Below are positions 47,299 through 55,447 of a DNA stretch of 64,000 nucleotides, one piece after another (the stretch's first letter is position 1; every line of letters starts with the position of its first letter). The notes below the pieces were generated by a model, which was not told the DNA's origin, ran no database searches, and was given only the letters and a program-made list of their open reading frames with translations. The position numbers and the translations under genes are program-made. This DNA comes from a virus, in the IMG/VR virus record IMGVR_UViG_3300032607_000379, positions 5,383 to 69,382 of that record; one strand, written 5' to 3'.

Positions 47299-48282
47299 TT
47301 AGGCCATTAGCAGATCGCCGCTGGCAATCAAAGCGTCTTTTTGGCTACAGATAGGGAATGCCTGACAGTATTTGCAGGCGGTGACTTGACCAGGAACTTC
47401 TTTGACCAGGCCGACGCTGCCGTCTTCAATGAAGCGCAGGCGTGCGTCGTGCATGGTGTCGAAGTTCTTGGTGCTGCGCTTGATAGAAGCCGGGTTCTTG
47501 TAGTACTTGAACTGCGGCTCTGAGCGCCAGAGGTCTTCTGAGTTGCACTCAGGGATCTCATCTTCTGGAGCATCCCAGTACTGCTCGATCTGTTGCAACT
47601 TGCGGCGGATAAAGCCGTCTGTTTCAGCCAGAGAGAGCAGCGGAAAGGTCTGCTTTTTAAAGCGCTGGTTGGGGTAGTTAGGATCGGTCTTGACCATCCC
47701 AGCTTTCCAATCCATGAAGATGTGGTGGATGTCCATCTCGTCTTGGGTGATCAGCTTGGGATCAAGCCAGCGGTAAATGCTGCCTTGCTGGGTCTGCTTG
47801 GTAGCGTTGACTTGGTTCATGTATGACCACACAGAGGCGGTTTTGAAATCCTGAACCCGGCCATCACCGACAAAGTCAAACTTGCCCGTGACGGTCCACT
47901 TGCCAACTTTCTTGGTCAGGCGCTGCTCCAAGTAAATTGGAATCACGCTATCGGTCAGTTCTTCTGGTTTAGGGTTAACTCGCACACGGTCAATGACTTT
48001 AGGCGGGTAGCCCAGTGAGGTCATTGCTGCTTGGTGGTTGTTAAGCCAAGCTCGTTCTATCCCGTCATGCACTGCTGCACCAAGCCTGTTGCTCATCATG
48101 TCGGGCAACGAAGCCATGCCATCTTCCATAGAAATGCGCGATGGCAAAATAATCTGGCGGATGGGTTTCAGAAGCGTTGTTGCGCTGACGGTGTGCGCGT
48201 CATGGTTGTAGTCGTAGTAATCGCTGGCCAGAAATACAGCCAGAGCTAGCGGCACGTCAGAGACGTTGGTGAAGCGTTGCAT
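47299..48282 (-). CDS. PD-(D/E)XK/Cas4-like nuclease (N4 gp42-like)
   Basis: LEQR...GKFDFV...VQDFKT; C-terminal CKYC....C. Confidence 0.82.
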   Translation of the reverse strand: MQRFTNVSDVPLALAVFLASDYYDYNHDAHTVSATTLLKPIRQIILPSRISMEDGMASLPDMMSNRLGAAVHDGIERAWLNNHQAAMTSLGYPPKVIDRVRVNPKPEELTDSVIPIYLEQRLTKKVGKWTVTGKFDFVGDGRVQDFKTASVWSYMNQVNATKQTQQGSIYRWLDPKLITQDEMDIHHIFMDWKAGMVKTDPNYPNQRFKKQTFPLLSLAETDGFIRRKLQQIEQYWDAPEDEIPECNSEDLWRSEPQFKYYKNPASIKRSTKNFDTMHDARLRFIEDGSVGLVKEVPGQVTACKYCQAFPICSQKDALIASGDLLMA

Positions 48283-48338
48283 GAGAGAGTTACCTTCTTT
48301 GTTAGTTATCGGGCAAGCGCCCGGAAGGCGCCTGTAAT

Positions 48339-48713
48339 TTACTGCTCAGCTGTGTTGAGTTCTAGCCAGCGGGTCAAAATGTCTCGTGCATCGCGGATGT
48401 CTTGTGCACGGGGCTTGCGTGTAGTGTTGTTGCTGGACATAAGCAACTTGGAACTAGCTTGCTGAATGCAGCCAGAGAAATCGTAAATTTCAAATAGTTG
48501 ATGGATAGCAAATACGTCCATGTCCTTAATTTTTTTAACTGGTTTGGAATTTCGTACATGGCGTTTTAAAAGAGGGACAAGGTCTGTGTTTTCAGAATCA
48601 AAATCAAACACGCCTTGAGACACAGCAGCACTAAGTTTTTCGCAGTCAGGACAAAAATCTAAGGTTGAAGAAATAGAAACAGGGCAGCCAATAGACTTAC
48701 AGGTATGCAGCAT
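48339..48713 (-). CDS. hypothetical protein
   Basis: Cys-rich N-terminus; DVFAIHQLF..D.SGC..QA..KLL. Confidence 0.65.
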   Translation of the reverse strand: MLHTCKSIGCPVSISSTLDFCPDCEKLSAAVSQGVFDFDSENTDLVPLLKRHVRNSKPVKKIKDMDVFAIHQLFEIYDFSGCIQQASSKLLMSSNNTTRKPRAQDIRDARDILTRWLELNTAEQ

Positions 48714-48784
48714 GAAACGCCTTAAATAATGTGAACATCCCTCTGCGTGGACTTGTAATGGTTTGGTTCTGCTGAAAGCACGCC

Positions 48785-48823
48785 AAAAAAAAAGGGAGCC
48801 TGCTGAGATGAGCAGACCCCCTT
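48785..48823 (-). terminator. rho-independent terminator after nrdA
   Basis: AAGGGAGCCTGCT...AGCAGACCCCCTT imperfect stem plus 9 U. Confidence 0.7.
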
Positions 48824-48836
48824 GTCGATTTACAAA

Positions 48837-50585
48837 CTACGCTGAGCAGGCAATGCACTCGTCCTTAATGACGACGCCGCTCCGGCTGTAGATGTAGTAC
48901 TGGCTCAAGCAGTCAGGGTGCAAAAGCACTTCAGTCATGAGGTCAGCTACTAAGCTTTCAGAGCCGTCTTCTGGAACATAAAAGTTCAAAGACTGGCCCT
49001 GACAGGTGTACTTTTGCCGCTGGGTAGCGTGACGCAAAATAATCCGCTGATCCATCTCAAAGGCGTTGAGAAAGACCAGCTTTTCCTCGGGGGTCAGCCA
49101 GCTAACGTGCTGGACAGATCCCAGGTTGTCGATGATGTTTTGGATCGTGTCATCGCTGTACACACCCTTGGCTTTCATCACCTCATAGATCACTGGCGTG
49201 ATCCGGCGCAACTCGCCTACAGCTGTACCTGCGTCAAAGACTGCACCTGGATCTGGGAACCAAGACTCGCTGACACCGCCCATGAGCAGCGCCGTAGACT
49301 TGGTCGGTGCATAGGCAGTGCGGTGCGTGTTGCGCACCCCGTAGCCTTTACACCAGTCTGGCTCACTGTATTCCTGAGCAAGCCACTGGGAAGCACGCAG
49401 GCTTTCATCGTGCAAATGCTTGGCAATCTCACCGGACAGGAACTGGGCTTCCAGTCCGATGTAAGGAATGCTTTTGCTTTGCAAGTACGTGTGGAAACCC
49501 ATGATGCCAAGACCGATGGCTCGGCCTTTGCGGGTGAACTCACGTACTTTTTCCATGCCAGGGATACCTTCGCTGGCTTCAATGAACTCGCTGCACAGGC
49601 AGTCCAGAAACACTGTGGCAACGAATGCGGAGTCGCTGCTCTTGATCCGGTCCCAGTGAACAAGGTTCAATGAAGACAGGATGCAGGAGTATGTGTACTC
49701 ATCGCTGGAGTGCAGCATGATCTCGCTGCACAGGTTGGATGCCACGATGTCCAGACCATGGTCTTTGTACATCTGGGGGCGGTGGCGATTGGCTTTGTCT
49801 ACGCAAAAGATGTAGCCCTTGCCCGTGGTGAGCTTGGTGTACAGAGCTTTGATCCAGCGCTTGGAAGCGTCTTCTTCACCTGCCACCAGACGGGCAATGA
49901 ACGTGTCCTTGATGATCCAGCCGTAGTTCTTGCCATTGGGATCCGCTGCCAGCTGGTCGCAGGCTTCGTCCCAATCTGGGTGCTCGATGTCAAGGTAAGC
50001 GCCTACGGAGCCACGACGATTGCCGCCTTGGCTGATCTTGCCAGCGGTAGTAAAGAAGTCATTAATGACCTCTACTGGTCCGCTGGCTTTGCCGCCGCTC
50101 TTGATGGCTGTGCCTCGGGCACGAATGGTGGAGAAGTCAGCGCTAGTGCCAAAGCCCTGCTTGGACAGCAATGCGGTTTCCCGCAGGTTGTCATAGAAGG
50201 ACTCCACAGAGTCTCCGACTTGCTGGCCTGAGCAGCTAACCATCATGCCTCGGCTGGTTCCAGTGTTGGACAAAGCCGGTGATGCTGGCGACAAGACGCC
50301 ATCCCACAGTTCGTTGAAGAACTTGGCTTCCCACTCCAGCTCCCGTCCTTTGAGGTGACGGGCAAGCGTCTTGGCAATCTGCTTGTGCCTGCCCAGCACA
50401 GCGTCTTCGCCTGGCAAGGTGTACTTTTCTTTGAACATCTGCCAGCCCGGTGTTGTGTACCAGGCGGGCAAGTGGCCTTTGTCTTGCAAAGCTTTGCGCT
50501 CAATGCTCAGGCGTTCATACTTTTGCAGGTTCTCCACCGCAGGCGGTGAAGTCTGCTCAGCAGTGTCAATCGGATTACCGTGCAT
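48837..50585 (-). CDS. nrdA: ribonucleotide reductase class I alpha subunit
   Basis: VSCS, GNRRGS, SNLCSEI, APTKST, C-terminal ECIACSA. Confidence 0.93.
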   Translation of the reverse strand: MHGNPIDTAEQTSPPAVENLQKYERLSIERKALQDKGHLPAWYTTPGWQMFKEKYTLPGEDAVLGRHKQIAKTLARHLKGRELEWEAKFFNELWDGVLSPASPALSNTGTSRGMMVSCSGQQVGDSVESFYDNLRETALLSKQGFGTSADFSTIRARGTAIKSGGKASGPVEVINDFFTTAGKISQGGNRRGSVGAYLDIEHPDWDEACDQLAADPNGKNYGWIIKDTFIARLVAGEEDASKRWIKALYTKLTTGKGYIFCVDKANRHRPQMYKDHGLDIVASNLCSEIMLHSSDEYTYSCILSSLNLVHWDRIKSSDSAFVATVFLDCLCSEFIEASEGIPGMEKVREFTRKGRAIGLGIMGFHTYLQSKSIPYIGLEAQFLSGEIAKHLHDESLRASQWLAQEYSEPDWCKGYGVRNTHRTAYAPTKSTALLMGGVSESWFPDPGAVFDAGTAVGELRRITPVIYEVMKAKGVYSDDTIQNIIDNLGSVQHVSWLTPEEKLVFLNAFEMDQRIILRHATQRQKYTCQGQSLNFYVPEDGSESLVADLMTEVLLHPDCLSQYYIYSRSGVVIKDECIACSA

Positions 50586-51597
50586 CAGCCAATTCCTTGT
50601 TGAAGGCCAGCTTGTGCTTGGCCCAGTTACGGGTGTATTGCAGCTGGGTCGCTGCAAAGAAGTCGGGCACTTTCACAGTGGAAAGCTGCTGGTAAAACCA
50701 GTTGGAGATAACGCCCTTGGTGTGGCCAAACATGGGCGGCATTTCCAGGCGGTTAAGTACTACGTCAATGCGGTCTTCCAAGAAGCGGTTGAGTTCTTCT
50801 TGCGTGACCACACGGTTGCCGGAAATGGCAAACAGCAAGTCATTGATGCGGCGTTCGTGATCTGCCACTTGCTCAGCAATAGTCAGGATCTTTTGGCGCA
50901 GCGCAGCTTCCTGAGCTTCAGAATGGTTCCCTGCCTTGACGCGTTCGGCTTTGCATTCCCTGAAAAGACGGGCTGATGCAATGGAGTGAAAGTTCTCGTC
51001 CTTGGCAGAACCGTCGATACCCGAAACAAAGTGCGGGATCAGGTTGTAGCCACGGGAGTTAAAGCCCTTGAAGAAGCCAAAGGCTGTAAACAGTACTGCA
51101 CCTTCAAGGAATGCCAGTGCTGCAGTAACTTCTAAGGCGTCTTCCGACGCGGTGCACGCGTTGATAAAGGCGATGCGCTCAGCCAGGATGGGATCTTGTT
51201 TCCAACGGGTATAAAACTCGTCCGTGCTGTTGCCCAGAACCTTATTACCAAGGTCATAAAACGGAGCATGGGAGCCAAGCTCCACATTGGCAAAGCAAGC
51301 TGCCATGCGCTGGATCTCAGGGCGTGGGAAAAGGCGTCCGATCTTGCCACCCCACAATTCTTCTCCACCGATCATCAGCTCGTACTGAGTCAGAACTGAC
51401 TGAGCTGTAAGCAAGCCATGACGCTCTGCATCATTTAGTCCTACCCGGAAGTCCTGCTCGTCCTCTTCTACGCCAAGCTCTTCTGCAGGCCAAAAGATAG
51501 CTTGTTGCTCAATACTCATCTCAGTAGCCCATGGATACCGGGCTACATACGACTCAGTAGGAGATTCAATCTGGCTCAGATAGGTTTTCTGTGTCAT
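50575..51597 (-). CDS. nrdB: ribonucleotide reductase class I beta subunit
   Basis: FWPAEE, ELGSHAPFY, LEGAVLF, KDENFH, DFF. Confidence 0.92.
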   Translation of the reverse strand: MTQKTYLSQIESPTESYVARYPWATEMSIEQQAIFWPAEELGVEEDEQDFRVGLNDAERHGLLTAQSVLTQYELMIGGEELWGGKIGRLFPRPEIQRMAACFANVELGSHAPFYDLGNKVLGNSTDEFYTRWKQDPILAERIAFINACTASEDALEVTAALAFLEGAVLFTAFGFFKGFNSRGYNLIPHFVSGIDGSAKDENFHSIASARLFRECKAERVKAGNHSEAQEAALRQKILTIAEQVADHERRINDLLFAISGNRVVTQEELNRFLEDRIDVVLNRLEMPPMFGHTKGVISNWFYQQLSTVKVPDFFAATQLQYTRNWAKHKLAFNKELADAR

Positions 51598-51618
51598 GAA
51601 GGCTTTCTTTTAACGGTT

Positions 51619-51657
51619 AAAAAAACCAATGCCCTCCCAGAGGAAAGGCATTGGTGG
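51619..51657 (-). terminator. rho-independent terminator between thyX and nrdB
   Basis: ACCAATGCC...GGCATTGGT plus U tract on the minus strand. Confidence 0.65.
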
Positions 51658-51752
51658 TATTTGCCAGCTGAGATTGCAGGTATTCACACAGGGGCCGGGA
51701 AAGCCCCTGAACAATCTCACTGAGTTAATTGGGAATAGGAGTTTACTGCTAT

Positions 51753-52493
51753 TTAGTATTTACCTTCAGTTAATGCTGCCCACGACACTGGATATAGAGG
51801 GGCAATAATGTCTCCAACTTGCTTGGCTAGGGTTTGTATTTCCAGCTGGGCATGGGAGTCAGTACGCAAGTTATAGAAGTTTGCAAAAGCAAACAAACTG
51901 CCAGTCCAGACCCAATTGACTTCACAGCCTTGGGGCAGGATAAATCGGGCTTGCTCTGGGCAAACGTTCCAGTCTTCAACCATTTCGCGATACAGCTCAA
52001 TGGCGTTTTTGCAGTGGTTGTCATACAAAACACCCAGTTCATCATTGTCAGGATGCTTACCTGCACTGCCTTGTTTGACCGACGCTGCAGCTAAACGGAA
52101 AGTTTCAGGTAGGTAAAACTTAGGCGTAGTGCTGATGTAACGCCTGGATTCTTCTGATTCCACAAAGCCAATCTTGTGCTTAAAGCACTGCACCCGGATA
52201 GGAATAGGTGCTGACATACGCAAGGTAATCTGTGGGTGGCCAAACGGAACCCAGTGACAAGGAATGGATCGGCAGTAAACAGCCAGCTCCTTAGCGTAGT
52301 CATGGGTAAGGCAGTTGTTCATATTGAGAAGCAACTTTTCCCAGTCACCTGATGCCATACCTCTGGCTAGAAATTGGATCAGCTTACTGTTTTGAGCTTC
52401 ACTGAACTGATCTGCCAAGGTGGCAAACGACTGTCTAGCATAGTTGGCCACATCTTTATCAGTGAGATAATGGTTTTCATAGTGTGCTTTCAT
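51753..52493 (-). CDS. thyX: FAD-dependent thymidylate synthase
   Basis: HWVPFGH, KHKIGFVESEESRRY, PEQARFILP, LRTDSHAQLEI. Confidence 0.93.
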   Translation of the reverse strand: MKAHYENHYLTDKDVANYARQSFATLADQFSEAQNSKLIQFLARGMASGDWEKLLLNMNNCLTHDYAKELAVYCRSIPCHWVPFGHPQITLRMSAPIPIRVQCFKHKIGFVESEESRRYISTTPKFYLPETFRLAAASVKQGSAGKHPDNDELGVLYDNHCKNAIELYREMVEDWNVCPEQARFILPQGCEVNWVWTGSLFAFANFYNLRTDSHAQLEIQTLAKQVGDIIAPLYPVSWAALTEGKY

Positions 52494-52563
52494 GGATTTC
52501 TTTCTTAAAGGAGGGATTCTTATACAAGAGCGCAGCAATTACCGGAGGTAATCTATTTTATGG

Positions 52564-54525
52564 ATGCAGCACATGACTAATGTTTGCGGTACAGGTGGTT
52601 GGAGTGGACCCAAGCCAGGAGATCCTGACAACAATTCAGTTCTAACAGCAACACCTGCTTTCGGCGGTATTGATGTGTCTTGGTCTATGCCAACGACTAA
52701 TAGTTTTGCAGTGTCTCAGGTATTGATTTACCGTGGACTGCTTCCAACTTTTAATGGGGCAATTCAAATTGCTGTGTCAGGTGGCAATCAGTACTACGAC
52801 AAAGTTAATGGTCAGTATGAGTATTACTACTGGATCAGAATTGTTTCTATCAATGGCACTGAAGGTGAGTTGATAGGGCCAGCATCTGCTGTAGCTCGAC
52901 CTTTGATTGGTGACTTGATTGAACAACTGACAGGTCAGATTGACTCAGGATCGCTGGCGCAATCTTTGAAAGATGATCTGAGCAAGATCAGTATCTTGCG
53001 TGCAGATCTACTCAATGAAATTACAGCGCGTGAGAACAGCAACGTCACGCTGGCTCAGGCATTGACAGATGTTGATGCTGGTGTTGCTGAAGCGTTGACG
53101 TTTGTATCTCAGGAGATCAGCACCCGTACAAGCAACGACGCAGCGTTAGCGGAAGCGTTGAACCTGACAGCAGTTACTTTAGGCAATGACTTTGCACTTG
53201 CTACTACAGCGTTGACAACAAGTATTGACGCAGTTACTGGCACTGTTGGTGCTATGTACACCGCTAAAGTCAATGTCAATGGCTTAATAGGTGGTTTTGG
53301 TTTAGCCAATGATGGGGCAACTGTAGAAGCTGGCTTTGATGTTGATCGTTTCTGGGTTGGAAAATCATCAACCAATGCAGCATGGGAAATTAATACTGCT
53401 TATGCTTTAAATACTGTAGTTACTGGCTTGGGGTATAACTGGAAATGCTTGCTTGCTCATACATCTTCTCAAAGCATAGGTCTTCCGGCAGCTGTAGTCC
53501 CTAGTAATACTTATTGGACTCGTCTTACCAAGACTTTAGTTAAACCATTTATCATTGAAAATGATGAAGTGTTTATTGACCAAGCGGTAATTAACAAGCT
53601 GACTTTTAAAAAGCTGACTAATGAAGCAGGCACTTTTATTGTTAATTCAGAAGGACAACTGAGCGCTGCATATATTAATACTAGTGGCATGAGCATAAAA
53701 AACTCAGCAGGTACTATATTGCTTGATGCGGGTAACGGTTATTTTTCAGGAAAACTATCTGCAGGTGTAGTTGATTTTGCTAGTTCCGTTGGCGTGACAC
53801 TTCCGCCGTTTACTGCGCCTGGGTCTTACCCTTTGACTGTACCTACTGGAAACACTGCAATGCGTGTTTTATTAGTAGGAGGGGGGGGTGGTGGTGGAGC
53901 TGGAAATTTGCAAAACTTTGCACCTGCTGGAGGTGGAGGCGGTTCGGGCGGCATCTATGAGTACACTTTTACTGGGTTAACAGAAGGGGCTCAGTACACA
54001 TTAGTCGTTGGTAATGGTGGCGCTGGCGGGTTAATGCACCCTTCTGGCTCTTATGGCAACAACCGATATGGAAGCCCTGGCGGAGCTGGTGGCTCTACGT
54101 ATGTCGATGGCTTGCCAGGTGCGGTAGCCACTGGAGGGGGAGGCGGTGGAGGCGGTGGACAAGACAGTGGCGGTGTTGGGGGCGTTGGTGGCGCTGCAGG
54201 ATTGCCGTCAGGTGGGGCTACTGCAGAGGGCACTTTTGGTACTGTTGGAGATGTAGGTGGCGTAGGTGGTTACAGCGTATATGGCACAGGCGGAGAAGCC
54301 GGAGTTTATTTTGGATTTAACAACAACATGTTAGGTGGCGCAGCTGGTGGGGGTGGCGGAGGTGGTGGCACTCACGTTCCTTACTGGAACACGGATATAC
54401 GAGGCGGAGCCGGTGCAGCTGGTAAGGCCATAATTGAGTATTTTGATCCTGCTGGTGTTGTGCTGCGCAAAGAAATGAACCAGCTAAAAACTGAACTACG
54501 CGCAACTGGACTTGAATTAACATGA
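52564..54525 (+). CDS. tail fibre/host-specificity protein (FnIII-like, J-like segment, Gly-rich C-terminus)
   Basis: YYYWIRIVS; YTAKVNVNGLIGGFGL; PFII....VFIDQAVI; Gly-rich tip. Confidence 0.8.
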   Translation: MQHMTNVCGTGGWSGPKPGDPDNNSVLTATPAFGGIDVSWSMPTTNSFAVSQVLIYRGLLPTFNGAIQIAVSGGNQYYDKVNGQYEYYYWIRIVSINGTEGELIGPASAVARPLIGDLIEQLTGQIDSGSLAQSLKDDLSKISILRADLLNEITARENSNVTLAQALTDVDAGVAEALTFVSQEISTRTSNDAALAEALNLTAVTLGNDFALATTALTTSIDAVTGTVGAMYTAKVNVNGLIGGFGLANDGATVEAGFDVDRFWVGKSSTNAAWEINTAYALNTVVTGLGYNWKCLLAHTSSQSIGLPAAVVPSNTYWTRLTKTLVKPFIIENDEVFIDQAVINKLTFKKLTNEAGTFIVNSEGQLSAAYINTSGMSIKNSAGTILLDAGNGYFSGKLSAGVVDFASSVGVTLPPFTAPGSYPLTVPTGNTAMRVLLVGGGGGGGAGNLQNFAPAGGGGGSGGIYEYTFTGLTEGAQYTLVVGNGGAGGLMHPSGSYGNNRYGSPGGAGGSTYVDGLPGAVATGGGGGGGGGQDSGGVGGVGGAAGLPSGGATAEGTFGTVGDVGGVGGYSVYGTGGEAGVYFGFNNNMLGGAAGGGGGGGGTHVPYWNTDIRGGAGAAGKAIIEYFDPAGVVLRKEMNQLKTELRATGLELT

Positions 54526-55211
54526 TTACACGCCTGAACCCAATTTTTAACAACAGCGGCCAACTACTGGATTTCCATTCCATTACAAAAGCATCTACTG
54601 ATGTCAGCACTCAAGTGATTTCTTGGACAGTTGGCTCATGGGGCAGTGAAGCTATTTCGCGCACTCAGCACCCAGATGTAGAGCGGCTAATACAAATTAA
54701 ATACTTGGAATGGCTACCTGAGTATCAAAGTGAAGCCAAAACTATTATTCAGGCACACCCTGACTGGTCTGGAGAAGGTCTACAACGTCCTAATCAGAAT
54801 CATGTTTACGTGTTGCCAGAAGGCGTCTGGAAAGACCTTCGCCCATTGGTTTCAGTTCAAGCGGCTCAGTGGAACAAGATCCAAACCATACGAGACAAGC
54901 TGAAACTGTCTGGTACTAGGGTAGAAGACTTTTGGTTCCATTCAGATGCCAACTCAAGAACTCAGCAGCTTGGCTTGGTACTGCTGGGGGCAAACATACC
55001 TGCTGACCTTCAATGGAAGACTATGAGCGGTAGGTTTGTCACTATGACTTCTGCACTGGCGCAACAAGTGTTTACTGCTACTGCCTTCAGCGATCAGGCT
55101 ATCTTTGCTAAAGCAGAAGAACACAAGGCTGCAATGCAAGCGGCTATTAATCCAGAAGACTATGACTTTACAGTTGGCTGGCCTGCTACTTATTTGGCCA
55201 GTTCAGATTAA
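54522..55211 (+). CDS. tail fibre assembly protein (DUF4376-like)
   Basis: WFHSDANSR...WKTMSGRFV...GWP. Confidence 0.75.
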   Translation: MITRLNPIFNNSGQLLDFHSITKASTDVSTQVISWTVGSWGSEAISRTQHPDVERLIQIKYLEWLPEYQSEAKTIIQAHPDWSGEGLQRPNQNHVYVLPEGVWKDLRPLVSVQAAQWNKIQTIRDKLKLSGTRVEDFWFHSDANSRTQQLGLVLLGANIPADLQWKTMSGRFVTMTSALAQQVFTATAFSDQAIFAKAEEHKAAMQAAINPEDYDFTVGWPATYLASSD

Positions 55212-55327
55212 TATGGTGTAATAACCCCATATTATTCGGATGGCTGGCTGTCGGCAGGAACTTCCGATCTGATTAACTTCTGTTTGCTGGTTTTCAGTGA
55301 ACCAAAAGATATTCGGAGTTCCTGCGC

Positions 55328-55444
55328 ATGGTTAAAAAAATCAAACAAGTTCAAGGCAGCACTTGCCTACCTATGCGCAGCACTCTGCGTTATGGGAATG
55401 TCACCTCTATTAGTGTGCCTGGCTTAGCCAGCATAGAGGTTTAA
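55328..55444 (+). CDS. possible 38-aa leader peptide
   Basis: MVKKIKQVQGSTCLP...; GGAG upstream; ends 3 nt before the next gene. Confidence 0.3.
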   Translation: MVKKIKQVQGSTCLPMRSTLRYGNVTSISVPGLASIEV

Positions 55445-55447
55445 GGC

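Noticed and set aside
47299-48282. Cas4 as part of a CRISPR system
   Set aside because: It is a PD-(D/E)XK nuclease in its usual N4-like replication position, with no array or other cas genes.
55210-55444. tRNA or retron msr-msd in the structured intergenic region
   Set aside because: No cloverleaf or T-loop consensus and no reverse transcriptase nearby.
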